64,000 nucleotides of DNA from Leucoraja ocellata (lineage: Eukaryota), in NCBI GenBank assembly GCA_036785375.1, contig JAWMAR010000005.1, positions 496,001-560,000 of the forward strand. Reading direction: 5' to 3'. How positions within the stretch are numbered: position 1 is the stretch's first letter; every line of letters starts with the position of its first letter. Positions 48,038-63,000 of this stretch are shown here, one piece after another. The notes beneath the pieces were generated by a model. The model ran no database searches. It was not told the DNA's origin and worked only from the letters and a program-made list of their open reading frames with translations. Made by a program: the position numbers and the translations under genes.

Positions 48038-49185
48038 AGAGATTAGTATACAAACTTAAAGCACACGGTTTTGGGGGTTCAGTATTGATGTGGATAGAGA
48101 ACTGGCTGGCAGACAGGAAGCAAAGAGTAGGAGTAAACGGGTCCTTTTCACAATGGCAGGCAGTGACTAGTGGGGTACCGCAAGGCTCAGTGCTGGGACC
48201 CCAGCTATTTACAATATATATTAATGATCTGGACGAGGGAATTGAAGGCAACATCTCCAAGTTTGCGGATGACACTAAGCTAGGGGGCAGTGTTAGCTGT
48301 GAGGAGGATGCTAGGAGACTTGGATAGGCTGAGTGAGTGGGCAAATGTTTGGCAGATGCAGTATAATGTGGATAAATGTGAGGTTATCCACTTTGGTGGC
48401 AAAAACAGGAAAACAGACTATTATCTAAATGGTGGCCGATTAGGAAAAGGGGAGATGCAACGAGACCTTGGTGTCATGGTACACCAGTCATTGAAAGTAG
48501 GAATGCAGGTGCAGCAGGCAGTGAAGAAAGCAAATGGTATGTTAGCTTTCATAGCAAAAGGATTTGAGTATAGGAGCAGGGAGGTTCTACTGCAGTTGTA
48601 CGGGGTCTTGGTGAGACCACACCTGGAGTATTGCATACAGTTTTGGTCTCCAAATCTGAGGAAGGACATTATTGCCATAGAGGGAGTGCAGAGAAGGTTC
48701 ACCAGACTGATTCCTGGGATGTCAGGACTTTCATATGAAGAAAGACTGGATAGACTTGGTTCATACTCGCTAAAATTTAGGAGATTGAGGGGGGATCTTA
48801 TAGAAACTTACAAAATTATTAAGGGGTTGGACAGGCTAGATGCAGGAAGATTGTTCCGGATGTTGGGGAAGTCCAGGACAAGGGGTCCCAGCTTAAGGAT
48901 AAGGGGAAAATCCTTTAAGAACGAGATGAGAAGAACATTTTTCACACAGAGAGTGGTGAATCTCTGGAATTCTCTGCCACAGAGGGTAGTTGAGGCCAGT
49001 TCATTGGCTATATTTAAGAGGGAGTTTGAAGGGGCCCTTGTGGCTAGGGGGGGTCAGGGGGTACGGAGAGAAGGCAGGTACGGGATACCGAGTTGGATGA
49101 TCAGCCATGATCATATTGAATGGCGGTGCAGGCTCGAAGGGCCGAATGGCCTACTCCTGCACCAATTTTCTATGTTTCTATGTTT
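48038..49185 (+). mobile_element. CR1 LINE 3' portion (young subfamily)
   Basis: Closely matches 39785-40942; (TTTCTATG)n tail. Confidence 0.9.
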
Positions 49186-52100
49186 ACTTGATGGGCTGAA
49201 TTCTGCCCCTATCACTTATGAACATGTGTTTGGAATCAGATGTAGAATGATTTAATCAGTGTAATAAGGATTGAGGTGGCTTCTCTCTCTTTGAGCTTGA
49301 CATGTGGAAACACCCCCACCTGCTGGTTCCTATCTAAACCGCACACCATCCAGACATGGTAACACACCAGGGGTCCTTCGATCACTGGGTCCAAATCCTG
49401 CAACTCCCATCCCAACAGCACTGTGGGAGCGCCTTTACTGCAAGAACTGCAGCGAGGGAAGAAGGCAGCACACCCCTTCCTTCTCGTGGGCAATTAGGAA
49501 TGGGCGATAAATCCTGAAAAACGAATACAAATATGAATTTAAATACTCAATTTTTATTTTTCGATTTTTTATTTAAAATTATAAAGTTTCATGAAATGTA
49601 CAAAGAAGGCTGTCAGTCATCCCATGTTACAATTGCTAGGCAAAAGGTTTAAAACTGGGACCCTTGCATTCAGCCCAATAGTATATATGAACCCACCTCT
49701 GCTCCCCATTGCCCTTGTCAGAACAGTGCCATAGATCAGTGTGCAGAACACACCCATTATTCCATGGCACAATTATTCCAAATTTGGAAACAATTCATTG
49801 TATGGATCACTTAGAAATGATCAAATGGTTAGCACTGCTCCAGACCCAGCAAAAAAGGGGCGACATGGTACCGCAGTAGAGTTACTGCCTTACAGCGCCA
49901 GAGACCCGGGTTCGATCCTGACTACGGGCGCTGTCTGTAAGGATTTTGTACTTTCTCCCCTTGACCGTGTGGGATTTCCCTCGGGTGCTCTGGTTTCCTT
50001 CCATACCCCAAAGATGTACAGGTTTGTGGGTTAATTAACTTTGGTTGTAAATTGGTCCTAATGCGTAGGATAGTGCTAGTGTACAGGGTGATCACTGGTC
50101 GGCGCGGACTTGGTGGGCTGAAGGGCCTGTTTCCGCTCTGTATCTCTAAACTCGAAGAAACACAAGCTGGTCTCAGTGTTGGAACCAAATTTCACAACAC
50201 CATGGAGCATATGCAGCAGAGTAGCTCTAGAAACAGCGAGAGGGTAAAGTGGTGTAATCCCTCTAGCCCTAAACCTTATTATCAGTATTAACAGGATGGA
50301 GCCTGTTTAATACGCGGTGAGTTCTGAATTCCACTTCCCAGTACCCCATACTGCTGATCCTGCAACCCTTTACAGCACAGACTCCCAGTGTTGGGCATGC
50401 ACACATAGCTCTGTTGGTGCATCTTAATGGTCTGGAGTTCATACCAGAACCCCCACAACTGTGGAGAGGATGCTTCCACTAGTGGGAGAGTCCAGGACCT
50501 GAGACCATGGCCTCATAATAAAAGGTTGTACCTTTAGAAAGAAGACAATGAGAAATTTCTTCAGTGAATCTGTGGAATTCATTGCCACAGACAGCTGTGA
50601 AGACCAAGTCAATGGTAATTTTTAAGGTGGAGATTGACATTCTTGATTAGTAAGGGTGCCCAGGGCTATGGGCAGAAGGCAGGAGCATGGGGTTACGAAG
50701 GAAAGATAGATTGAATGGCAGAGTTGACGATGGGCCGAATGGTCTAGTTCCTCTAGCTTATGGATGTCCATAAGCACCGGAGACAAGAGAGGAAATCTGA
50801 GTTTCCCAGTTAACATCACAAGTGCATACTTAGTCACTAATGCTCACACCCAATCCTTTTGTATTCATTTTACATAAAATAAGCAAGTCAATGTCATTGC
50901 TGTTTATTCAAAGGCTCTATCAGAATGGTTACTGATTATAATTCGCTTGAGACAATAATTAAGCTTCATCTTCCTGTACACACCCGTGGCTCTGAGCTGA
51001 AGTCAGACCACTGATCAGCCCTGATCTCTCACTTCATTATATTTGTGTTGCCCTGTCAGAAGACAAGACAGGAAGACTGAGGAGGGAGAAAGCTGCAGAG
51101 AATCTTCTCTCCAGTTACCAGCATGGGTCAGCACCAGCATGGAGCAAGCATTTTAAACAGAAAAACCCTGGAGCTCTCCATACACATTAATACGGTTGTC
51201 AGGGATTATGGGGAGAAGGCAAGAGAAAGGGGCTGGGAGGGAAAGATCGATCAGCCATGATTGATTAAATGGCAGAGAAGACGCGATGGGCCGAGTGGCC
51301 TAATTCTTCTCCTACAACCTATGAACAAAGTACCATGACTGAACCTTCACCACACACACACACAAACACTGCCATGCTCTGAAGGATGACTGGGTGTGAC
51401 CAAGAAAATGTTGGCCATGCCAGCGATACCCATATGCCGCAATACAATGGAAATGTAACAACAATGGAGCTGTGTGTATATTATATGCAAACACAGCACA
51501 ATGACAACACTCACCAGCAGGGGTAATCCTGACTGGTTGCATCATGTCCTGGTACGGCAATTCCTATGCACTGGAACGTAGGAGGCTGCAGTGAGGGATG
51601 GACTTGGCCCCGACCATTCCAGGCACTGCACCCCACTCCATCCAAAACCTCTACAGGAGGCGCTCGTGTAGGCTTGTTCCACTATCCGTGCAACCCTCTC
51701 ATCTCGCTGCTACTTTCAGGTCAGAGGTGCAAATGCCTGGTCCCACACCACCAGGTTCAGGAACAGCTACTTTCTAACAGGTTTTGAACCAACCCAAACA
51801 ACCCTAATCCCACCTCAGCCACAGAACCACAGAACTGCACTATCTTAGACCATGTTTTCCTTTGGAATTGTTCAGGAATTACACAAGAAATAGGATCAGG
51901 CATTTCCTTATTGACTGTGGAAACTGGCTCAAGGGGAAAGGTGCTGTCACGGACATTTGTGGGGGATGTGATTTAATGGCTAATCCTGCATTTGTTGCCA
52001 ATCCCAGAATATCCGAGAATACGTCATTGCAGAGGGCAATCACAAATCAACCATTTTATGTGGATCTAGAGTTACATATACTCCAGTCTAGGTGAAAACT

Positions 52101-53916
52101 GCAGTTCCTATGTTCTATATCCGCGAGAGACATGGAACATAGCACATAACAAACAGTAAAGTCTTTTGGCAAAACTATATCTGTGCCAAACATAATGCCA
52201 AGTTAAAATAATCTCCTCTGCCTTTATGCGATCCATATCCCTCCATATTATGTACATGTGCATATCTAAAAACCTCTTGAACACCACTGTCATATCCGAT
52301 TCCACCACCACCAAATAAAAAACATGCCCCCAAGCATTTCCTTTAAATCTTTCCTCTCTGGCATTAATGCTACCTGCTCTAGTTTTTGACAATCATGCCT
52401 TGGAATAAATGTTTTGACTGTCTACCCTATCTATGCCTCTTGTAATTTTATAAATTTCTTTCAGATCTCCTCTCAGCCTCTAATCTCCAGATAAAAGAAC
52501 CAAGTTTCTCCAACCTCTCCTTATAATTAATACTCTCTAATCCAGGCAGAATTATGTTCAAGCTCTTATGCATCCTCCTAAGCCTTTGCACCCTTCCTGT
52601 AATGTGGAAGCCAGAACTGCACACAACGGTGAACCAGTGACCTTTTTTACAATACTCCAGTATTTCCATGATTACCTTCACTGATATTACCAATATGTTC
52701 CATATTCTTCTAACCTGCTGTGGTGGAATTTGAACCTGTGCCTTCTGCCCAATAGTTGGGGCCTTTGCATGCCAGTCCATTAAGTTAGCCACAATACTAC
52801 CGACGGCACATTCCAAATTTTTGACTGCAATTCACAACAAGGGTGACAGGAAGACCAGCAATCTGCCTTAATGGAGAGCGTAAAAGTGAAATAGAAACTG
52901 ATAATACTGGAAACACTCAGAAAGTAATACAGCATCTGCGGAGGTAGAAACAGGGTTAACGTTTTGGGTCCAAGACCCTTTGTTGGAACAGCCAATGAAA
53001 GAAAAGAAGCTAGATTTAAATGGCAGATACTGAGAAAATGGAACCTGGTTCAATGGGCATTGACTCTTGGTCAGCATGGACGTGTTGGACTGAAGTGCCT
53101 GTTTCTGTGCTGTATGACGTTGAATGCAGAGGACAAAGTAGATATTTGTTTTAACTTAATAATTAACAAAATCTGGAAGGCTAAAATGAAACAGTCAAAA
53201 TACTTTAAGTTGGCGACCTCTCATCAGAAACAATGGCTTGGAATTCCCTGTGTAACAGTGTCACTTCTGTCAGTGCGTCTCGACAAACTGGCAGCGAGTT
53301 CCGGGACTGCAACAAGTGTGGAGTTCCGGAGCTTCATTGTCCTTCCTACAACACTGCACTGATGGTCTGTGGACACATGGAGGCCCACCAGCTTTCAGAC
53401 GCTTGCACCAGAGTCCCTGGCAAACCGAGCTCGCAAGGAGTTCTAGAAAAAAACAGTCCAGGTTCATCCTATCTCCACTCCATCCCCGGCTCCAACTGCG
53501 TGCTTGGCACAGGTATACTAGTGGTGGTACAGCTGGGAGATGCCGAGGACCATGGCCAAGTCTCCAAGAGACGGTGAGGAGGTGTCTGTCTCATGAGCAG
53601 CCCTGCTCAGTTTGGTTTGGAGAACAAGGTCCAGAAATGGAGAACCTTATAGGCTATACAGAGGAAGTTCTCTGAAGGATCTCCCAGCCAATGCATTGCA
53701 ACTGGTCCAGCTGCCCCAGAGATTGTCCTAACCCCGTCAACAGGCAGCCGGAATATCGTCGCAGTCCGTGTCCGCAGGTCCCACAGATCCACTCAGTCCT
53801 GATCCTGGTGGCAAATCCACTCAGTCCTGATCCTGGGGAGGTTCCCCTTTCATGGGGACCAGTGCAGGGAGGTGGGCTCCGGGACCCCACCCGTCTACCC
53901 CAGCCAGCCCCAGCGC

Positions 53917-54028
53917 TCAGTCATGGAAGCGCTGACAGGCCTTCTTCCACCTGCAGGCGGTGCACCACTGGCTGCGGTTCTCCACGCCATAGACCTTGCG
54001 GCACTTCTTGGCTTCACCGCGCACCTTC
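53917..54028 (-). CDS. ZNF395-like terminal coding exon (C-clamp)
   Basis: [36 protein letters not shown]; TGA at 53919-53917. Confidence 0.92.
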
Positions 54029-57000
54029 CTGTCAACCGGAAAAAAAATCCCAGAGTTACCACTGCCCAAGTTAAACATTGAGTTTTCCAAATTTAAGTAA
54101 CCACCAAAACAACCCTCCCCTCCACCCCTATCTTACTCCACACCCCCCCCCCCCCCCCACCTCCGCCTGAACTTGCACCTATTTCTCCCATCCCATATTC
54201 CTTCCTCTTGCTGCACAACTTGCAACACTTCAATCCTTTAATCTCACACATTTAAAACAAATCTCTGGCCTTTGTTCCAACCAAACATGGACACAAAATG
54301 CTGGAGTAACAGGTGTCATCTCTGGAGAAAATAAATAGGTGACATTTCTGTGGCAGTGGTAGCTGTGTGGACTGAGCTTCCAGTGGAAGTGGTGGAGGCA
54401 GGTTCGATTTTATCATTTAAAAATAAATTGGATAGGTATATGGACGGGAAAGGAAATGGGGGTTATGGTCTGAGTGCAGGTAGATGGGACTAGGGGAGAA
54501 TAAGTCTTCGGCACAGACTAGAAGGGCCGAGATGGCCTGTTTCCGTGCTGTAAATTGTTATATGTTATATGGTTATATGGTTTCGGGAAAAGACTCTTCT
54601 TCAGACTTTGTTCCAATCATCCGCCTATTCAAACCGCCATGCAGATGGTGCCATGCAGAGTGGGTTGAACTCTGTCATGCTTTTTCCTGCCTCTCCCCCC
54701 GTCCAGCTTTCTTGCCCCACCCCGTCTTTACAATCAGTCTGAAGAAGGGTCCCAAACCGAAACATCACCTGCCCATGCTCACCAGAAATGCTGCCTGACC
54801 GGCTGAGTTACTCCACCACTGTGTGTCCCTTTTATCACTTCCCAAGTTGGGAAGTCCAATCCTGTAATCCTGGGACCCAGTAACACCTCTCCTGTGCCCT
54901 GCCGTGTGGTCCCGGTGCCCACTCACCACCCCCTCCGTCTCCCAAACCCCGTAATATAACCCCCTTCACTTACTTGCCTCCGTGGAATATCTGCGGTGTC
55001 GACGCGAAGATGATGTGGGGCTGGAACACAGCCACTTGCGGCTGGCTGGAGAGACTGGCAAAGGTGAAGGTGCGGGTGTGCTCTGGGGACACCTGTGGTG
55101 GAAGGAGACAGACACACCGTAACTCAGCGGCTCGGGTAGCAACCCTGGAGAACAGGAATTGGTGACGTTTCGGGCCAGGACCCTTCTTCAGGTGGAAAGA
55201 GATCGAATCACATAACTGACCAGACCCCGATCACAGCAAAGATACCGGGGTCTCTCCACGCACACACCCAGTCCCGCCTGACACCTGGGTCTCCCCTTGA
55301 TGAAGGAGGACCCCAGTATGGGAAGTGGGTTTCCGACTGATGCAGGTCCTGCAGTCTCCCATTGGGGGAATCCCGCAATGCCCAGAGCCTCAGAATAAAA
55401 GGGCGTACCTTTAGAAAGGAGATGACGAGGAATTTCTTTAGGATAATGGGGTTTCCCTGACACCAAGGGTCCACCCACCAAGGCCTGGAATCTCCCCCAA
55501 AGGTGTGGGTACGCATCTCCCCCTCACACCGGGATCTCTCCCCCAAAAGTGAGTATACCAGGGTCTAATCCTGACCCCCCATGATCTCCTCTGACACCCC
55601 AGGGTCTTTCCCCGAAGTGAGGGTACTGGGGTCTCTGACTGGGGTAAGACAAGAACGGGAAGGAGAGGGCACTCTGCCCTGACTGTTAGGCTGCTGGTCC
55701 TACCTGGTAGGTGTGGTCCACGTAGACCTGCCTCAAGCAGCTTGGGGCCGATCGGCTCAGAAGGGGCGTGCTGCGGACCAGGGCGTCTGGAAGCACATCC
55801 GGGCTGTTGAGGGGCTGCGGGCTGACTGCCAACTGTTGGCACTGCGGAGGGGTGAGAGGAGGAGTACAGTGCTGTCCGCTGGGGGCTTCAGAGACGGTCT
55901 CCGCATCCTCCACGATCTCGGTGTAATAGAAATCCTCCTCGCCGTCACTGTGCTCCGAGTCACTGCGGCTGTCAGGGGCAAAGCAACAGGGATCACATCT
56001 GAAACTCTGGAGTACAGTCAAGACACACCATCCCAACCCCATCTACAGTCACATCATCCCCCAGAGACCTAGGAAGTTCAGCTTGTCTCCAATGACTCTC
56101 ACCAACCTCTACTGATGCATCATAGAAAGCATCCGATCGGGATGTACCAGGTTGAGTTTGAGTTTAGTTTATTGTCACGTGTACCAATATCATCATCATC
56201 ATAGTTGAAAACATCAACGGGCACCGTGCCTTACAATGCTATGCATGACAGTGATTGCAATTTCTACTGAAGTGTGGATGGCCGTTGGCTTGCTAGGAGC
56301 TCATCCGCCCTTTGACAGGTCTTGTTTTTGGTCCTGCTGGGGGTCCACAGCCTCCTCCTCACCTGGCAAACCAGGTGGGGGAGACGGTTTAGTCGCCGAC
56401 TTTCCGACCATGAAGCAGGTAGCGCGGGATTACATAGTGGTGGGAACTCCCTACCGAGGTACAATGAAACCCTCTTTTTGCATGCTAACCAGTCGGCGGA
56501 AAGGCTATACATGATTACAAATCAAGTCATCCACCGAAGTGATACCGAAGAGGAGTTGAGTCCAGTGTGGATCAGCTATGATCATAGTGAATAGTATGAC
56601 AGGCTTGAGGGGCTGACTGTTCATTTTCCTATTTCTTGTGTTCACTTCCTATTTGCCCTCAGTTCCTTCAATCTGTGCCATCTACCCCTGGACATAATCA
56701 CTTTTACTAAAGGTTGACACTTTTGTATATTTCCATTCATCTGTTATGCCTTCAAATGGTTCCAAAGAGAACCTACCCACTTTTTCCTCAAGTCCACGAG
56801 GAACCAGTTTAATTTAGTTTAGAGATGCAGTGTGAAAACCTACATGACTGACCATGGATGTGTGCACTGGGATTGTATAGAGGAAGCTTCACTGATTAAT
56901 CTGTGCCCTGCGAGTGTGTGATGAGACAATGTAGAAGGAGCTTCATATGCCGTTTGATCCTGGAAGGGTTTAATGGGATGCTGCAAAGGGAATTTTACTC

Positions 57001-60000
57001 TCTCTCTGTCTAACCCATGGCCTGCGAGTGTGTAGCAGGCGGGATTGAGGTATCTTCACTGCATCTGTCCCTGGAAATGTGTGATGGGATGGTGTAGAGG
57101 GAGATTCACTCTGTGTCTGAACCATGCCCTGGGTGTGTGTGACAGGCAGCATTGAGGGATCTTCACTGTGCCTGACCCTGGAAGTGCGATGGGATGGTGT
57201 AGATGGAGCTTCACTCCTGTGCTCCAACCTATGCTGCACCAGAGTTTTATGTCCCTGGGTTCCACAAACCCTGCCCATTCTCTCCCCGAGCAGTGCCTTA
57301 CCCGAGGTGTATGGTTCGAATGTGTCTCCGTATTCCCACAGTGGATGATAGGCATTTCTGGCAGTGGGGCCACATGCAGCGATACAGGAGCTTCAGCGAG
57401 TTCTGCGAGATAGGAAAGGAAGAGGACATTAGGCACCTGAAAACTATCTCCATATTTAGCTGAGGTAAGCCCCATGTATCCCCAGCATTGCAGTCACTGA
57501 GTGAAACCCTCATCCCAGCTGCTCCATTCAACTCCTGATCCTGCAGCACTGATCTGAACTCCTTCCAGCCAAGAGGTCGCCCTCCTCCCACAGAGTTCCT
57601 CCTCCACAGTACAGGGCCCTCCCACCCAGCTCACCGTCACTTCTAGTTCCTCAGACGTTTGAGGAGATTCAGCATGTTGCTAAATACTCTTATCAAACAT
57701 CTACAAGTGTATAGTGGTGAGCATGGTCTACCTAGTATAGCTATTCATTTATGGTAAATATGCATATAGATTCATAGTCAGGGTCATAGAGCACGGAAAT
57801 GGGCCCTTCTGCCCAACTTGTCCATCTCGACCAAGATGCCAGTCCACACATACCATTTGCCTGAACTTCACCCATATCCCTACCAACCTTTCGTATCCAT
57901 GTACCTTAAGTTTAGAGATACAGCATGTAAACAGGCATTTCAGCCCACCGAGTGCACGCTGACCCCATACATTGGTTCTATCCTACATACTAGGGACAAT
58001 TTATAGAAGCTAATTAACCTGAAAAGCTGTATGCCTTTGGAGTGTGGGAGGAAACTGGAGGATCCGGAGAAAACCCACATGGAGGGAATGTACAACCCCT
58101 TTATCGAACCTGGGTCTTTTGCACTGTGACGCAGCAGCTCTACTTTTGCTCCATTGTGCCCCCCCCCACCCCCCAATTTCCTTCATGTTATTGTACCTGG
58201 CTCAACCCCCTCCTCTGGCAGCTCGTCACCCTCCGTGTGAAAAATTTGGGCTTCATGTTCTCATGAAATCCTTCCCATCTCACCTTAAATCATACCCTCT
58301 AGTTCTGCATTCCCCCACCCTGGGGAAAAAGACTGTGCACATTCACCCTATTCATTCCTCTCCTGATATTACACATCTCTATAAGTCGTCATTATGCCTG
58401 TAAAGCTTCAGTAAGCAAGAATATCAGTCTCCGGATGTATATAGTGTATATAAACACTCTCGACTGCATGACACCAGCTGCAATCCGTACCTTCCTTTTC
58501 CGGGGAGCTGGCTCCTCCGGTAGCAAGGGATGTGGGATGTGGAAGTCAAGACCGTCATCTCCCTGCCCTGGTGCAAGGGCCTGGTGAAGTGGTGGGGGCG
58601 AAGGAGACGAGGAGTTACTGCTCCTACAGTCACTGCTGCTCCCGTTTCCCCCATCGATCCCAGAGTCTGCCGACGCTGCCATAGGGAAAAAGCAGACAAG
58701 AAGGTTACTCCATAGCGAACACCCAAAGGGATGGGCAACGCTCCCGGGCCTGGCCAAGCTGACCATTTGTGGGACATTATGCCAGGCAGAATAGCGCTCT
58801 GCCCGAGCCGACTGCCTGCCCCTTTTCCGGGTTAAGTCCGTGCCAGGGTGTCCCTCGAAAAGGTACACGCGGAGTTCGCGGACACCATTTCCGGGTCCAT
58901 TGGGCACCATGGGGGGTTGAATGCATCCTGGACCAGGATTGTAATATAGTTCTTTAATATTTAGTATTTCGAAAAATAAGCTGTGGAGGCCGTCTAAGGA
59001 TATTTTCATGGCAGAGATAGACAGCTTCTTGATTAGTACGGGAGTCACGGGTTATGGGGAGAAGGCATGAGACTGGGGCAAGGAGGGAGAGATAGATCAG
59101 CCATGATTGAATGGCGGAGTAGACTTGATCACTTATGGTCATGAATATTTGGTTATTTTTGTATTTGGTGGTGGGTGTGTTGGTATTGATTGTTTTGTAA
59201 GTTTTATTGTGGTAAATAATTGAATACATTTATTTTTTAGTAAAAGAGAGGAAAGGACACCCCCAGGGGGACCCCACGCACACAGGGAGAACCCGTCAAC
59301 ATCCCTGCCTGCGTACATGCGTTACGTGATCACACACACATGCATCCGTGCACACACTGTTGACACAGGAGCCCACATCAGTGCGTGGGCAGGGACATCG
59401 CGCCCACAGAGAAAGGTTGAACAAGTTAGGGCTTTATTCTTTGGAGCGCAGAAGGTTAAGGGGGGACTTGATAGAGGTTTTTAAAATGATGAGAGGGATA
59501 GAGAGAGTTGACGTGGAAAAGCTTTTCCCACTGAGAGTAGGGAAGATTCAAACAAGGGGACATGACTTGAGAATTAAGGGACTGAAGTTTAGGGGTAACA
59601 TGAGGGGGAACTTCTTTACTCAGAGAGTGGTAGGTGTGTGGAATGAGCTTCCAGTGAAGGTGGTGGAGGCAGGTTCGTTTTTATCATTTAAAAATAAATT
59701 GGATAGTTATATGGACGGGAAAGGAATGGAGGGTTATGGTCTGAGCGCAGGTATATGGGACTGGGGGAGATTATGTGTTCGGCACGGACTAGAAGGGTCG
59801 AGATGGCCTGTTTCCGTGCTGTAATTGTTATATGGTTATATGGTTATATGGATGGCCCTACCTGGAGCCAGGCTGCTGGGCAGAGGGTTGAGCCGGGGAC
59901 TGCAGGACAGGCTGCTGAGCACCATCGCCGCCATGATCTCGTCCATGTCGATGGCGCCTGAAGCCCTGCCAGAGACCGAACGGAGAGTTAGAGGAGCCGT

Positions 60001-63000
60001 GGAGAGCTCAGAGGTCACCACACACCTGCCCACCCAGTAACCAGCTGCCCGCCCCAAACTTGCTACACAGGATGAATGAATTAATGAAAGCAGAGCGCCG
60101 TGTGAGCCTGGGAGCCTTCTAGACCCCCCCCCCCCAATTACCTGGACTCCTTTATTCCCCCCCACACCTTCACGCTACAATCTTTGGGACTCCATTCGAC
60201 CCCCCCCCCCCATTCTGCTTAGCCTCCTCATCACCTCCTCCAATTCTTCGGACCCCATTATTCCCTCCCTCACCCTCTCAGACCCTCTCTCACCCTCCGA
60301 TCTGTGGTATTCTATTAGCCTCCCCCTCAACTTCTAGCGCCCCCCCCCCACTTAGCGTCCCCCCCTTAATAGGAACCCAATATCCCCTCCCTCATCCCAT
60401 CATAAGCCCTCAGCCACTCCCTCACTGATCTCTGGGATACCATTCGACCCTCCAGAGACCCCCTTTAGCCACTCCTTCACCACTTCCTGGGAACCCAATA
60501 TCCCCCATCTACTTAGATACCTCCTCTCCAATCACTGGGACCCCCATTAGACTCTCCCAGACACCTGCACTCCCTCCAGGGATCCCTTGGCTAACCCCTG
60601 ACCACCCATTCTCCATTAACCCATCCCTCATCCTACAGAGACCCTCAAACTCTCTCTCTATAAGCCCCCACCCCCCACCCTCGCTTCCTCTCCCTCTGAC
60701 TCCCACATATGTCCAGCGATGGCAGTGAATGTGTGCAGCCTCGTCCTCTCCTCTTGGACCCAAATGAGCCACAGTGTCCACATTCCCTTCCCTCCCAGAC
60801 TCCGGCCACACCCCCCATTCCCACTCCCCGTCCCACCGCAGTTCTCCCCTCCGGCCGCTGACCTACCTTGGGGGCACATCGATGGTCTGCGAGGAGGGGG
60901 CACTGGGAGAGGCTTTGGTGTGCTCCCTCTCCAGCTCCTGGAGGCGGGGGGACCTGCGGCTTTCGCCCAGCCGCACGTCCTCTGCCCGCCGTAGCGAGCG
61001 CAGGTCCAGCTCCCGGACGTAGACCCGGACCTCGTTGTCCACATGGTTGTGTTGCTCCACCACCCCTGGGTACTCACGGCCACCGTGCGTCAGGTACACC
61101 TGGGGGAGACAGAGGAAGGTCAACCTCAGCAGCCAGGGCAGGGTGGCTTGCAGACATTGGGTCAGGGTAAGAGGCGCAGGGAGAGGCGTTAGGCAGGGGC
61201 ATGAATGATGGGGTGCACGGGTCTCACCTGGTGGGTTGTGTCATGTTTTGTTCAGATTGATGTTATATTTTACAAGTTATTAACATTTTTAGCTTCACAA
61301 AATCCCACTTTGAGAAGGATTTGTTCACATCTGCACTGGCAGCTAGCAGCTATTACATCACAATGAGATTGTAGCCCTACAGGCTGTAATGATGCTATCC
61401 CAGGACACCGAATCCTTGGCAGCAAATGTCCTTCAGGGGAAGAATCTGCCAGCCTAACCCAGCACAAATGTGATTGCAAAGCCTTTTAATTCCTCTCTAA
61501 ATTGAAAGTTTAATGATAAGATTTGGATAACAAAAGATGGCCTTGTCGGTGGCATCACAATAAAGAATAACAAAAATATTAGTGAAATTGCATTTTTTTT
61601 TAAGTTTAAAATGAGAGAGACGACCAGCACAGTTAGGGGCTATGGGTGAGTGGTGGAATATTGCGTTGGAGAAATGGGTTGTGTTGGGGAACAGGTGAGT
61701 GGTGGAATCTTACGTTGGGGAACGGGTTGCATTGGGGGACCAGGCCTCCCATGTGACAGGGACCCAACGGATCCCACTTGGTCTAGTATATATTACTAAA
61801 AGTATCATCTTGTTTGTTTGTATGCGTGCTTGCGTATGTGTGTGAATCTGAAACTATGTCAAAAAGGTACGCGATAGTGCTATCATTTTCGGCCCACCTT
61901 ACTCCCCATTGTCCTGGGATGTGCTGAAGCAAGTTTCGTTCAGATTGGTGTTATATTTTGCAAGTTATTCACATTTTAAACATTACAAAAAACACTTTTA
62001 CAAAAATAACATTTCTACTTGCACTGCCCGTCAGCAGAGTATGACGTCATGACGTCACAATGGGATCCCGAATTTAATTTAAAAATAAAAACGGTATGGT
62101 GTTTTTTCCGCGTGTACTTGCCTGGCCTCACAACGGGGACCTAACGGCTCCACGGGTAAGTTTCCTTCTACTTTACAAACACCTCCACGGGTCCTCTATT
62201 CACTTTATTAACTTTATCTTAATTTCAGCCGACATTGGCCAACTTTGAATGCGGCAGTCGCGCATGCACAATTTGGTGAAATATTGCGTTGGGGGAGCGG
62301 GCCCAATGGGAGAGGAGGGGAGGGGAGTGGGGGATAGATGCAATGGGGGACAGAGGGAGAGGAGGGCAGTGGCGGAGGTGAGGAGGTAGAGTGGGGGGGG
62401 TTGGGTGAGGCACAGTTGGGGGAGGGTTGCCGTGACTCGCGTCACAATGGGGATCTCTGACATCACAACGGGAACCCGTCAGCCACGACTGCGCAGTTGG
62501 GGGCTATGGGTCAGTGGTGGAATATTGCCTTGGGGGACGGGGCCCAATGGGTCCCACTTGGCCTATTAATATTATATATTATTATCAGGTCTCCCTTCAA
62601 TATCTAACACTCCAGAGAAAACAATCCAAGTTTGTCCAAACTCTCATTATAGCTAATATCCTCTAAACCAGACAGTATCTTCATAAACTTCTTCTGCACT
62701 CTCTCTAAAACTTCTAAATCCTTCCTGTAATGGGGCGACCAGAACTGCATACAATACTCTACATATAGCCTAACCAAAGTTTTATAAAGCTGAAAGTTGG
62801 CTTCTTGAGTCTTATACTCGATGGCCATGCTGGCTTAGTTCCACTTCCCTACTGCCCTCAGTTCCTCTACCTTGAGCTCCTGCTTCCATTGCTTTCACCG
62901 CCCCCCACCCCCCATCCCACAAGTAGATGACCCACAGACCTCAGGGCAGGCGTGGAGTGAACTTACCTTCTGTCCGGGCTGGAGTTTGAAGTGTGTCACG

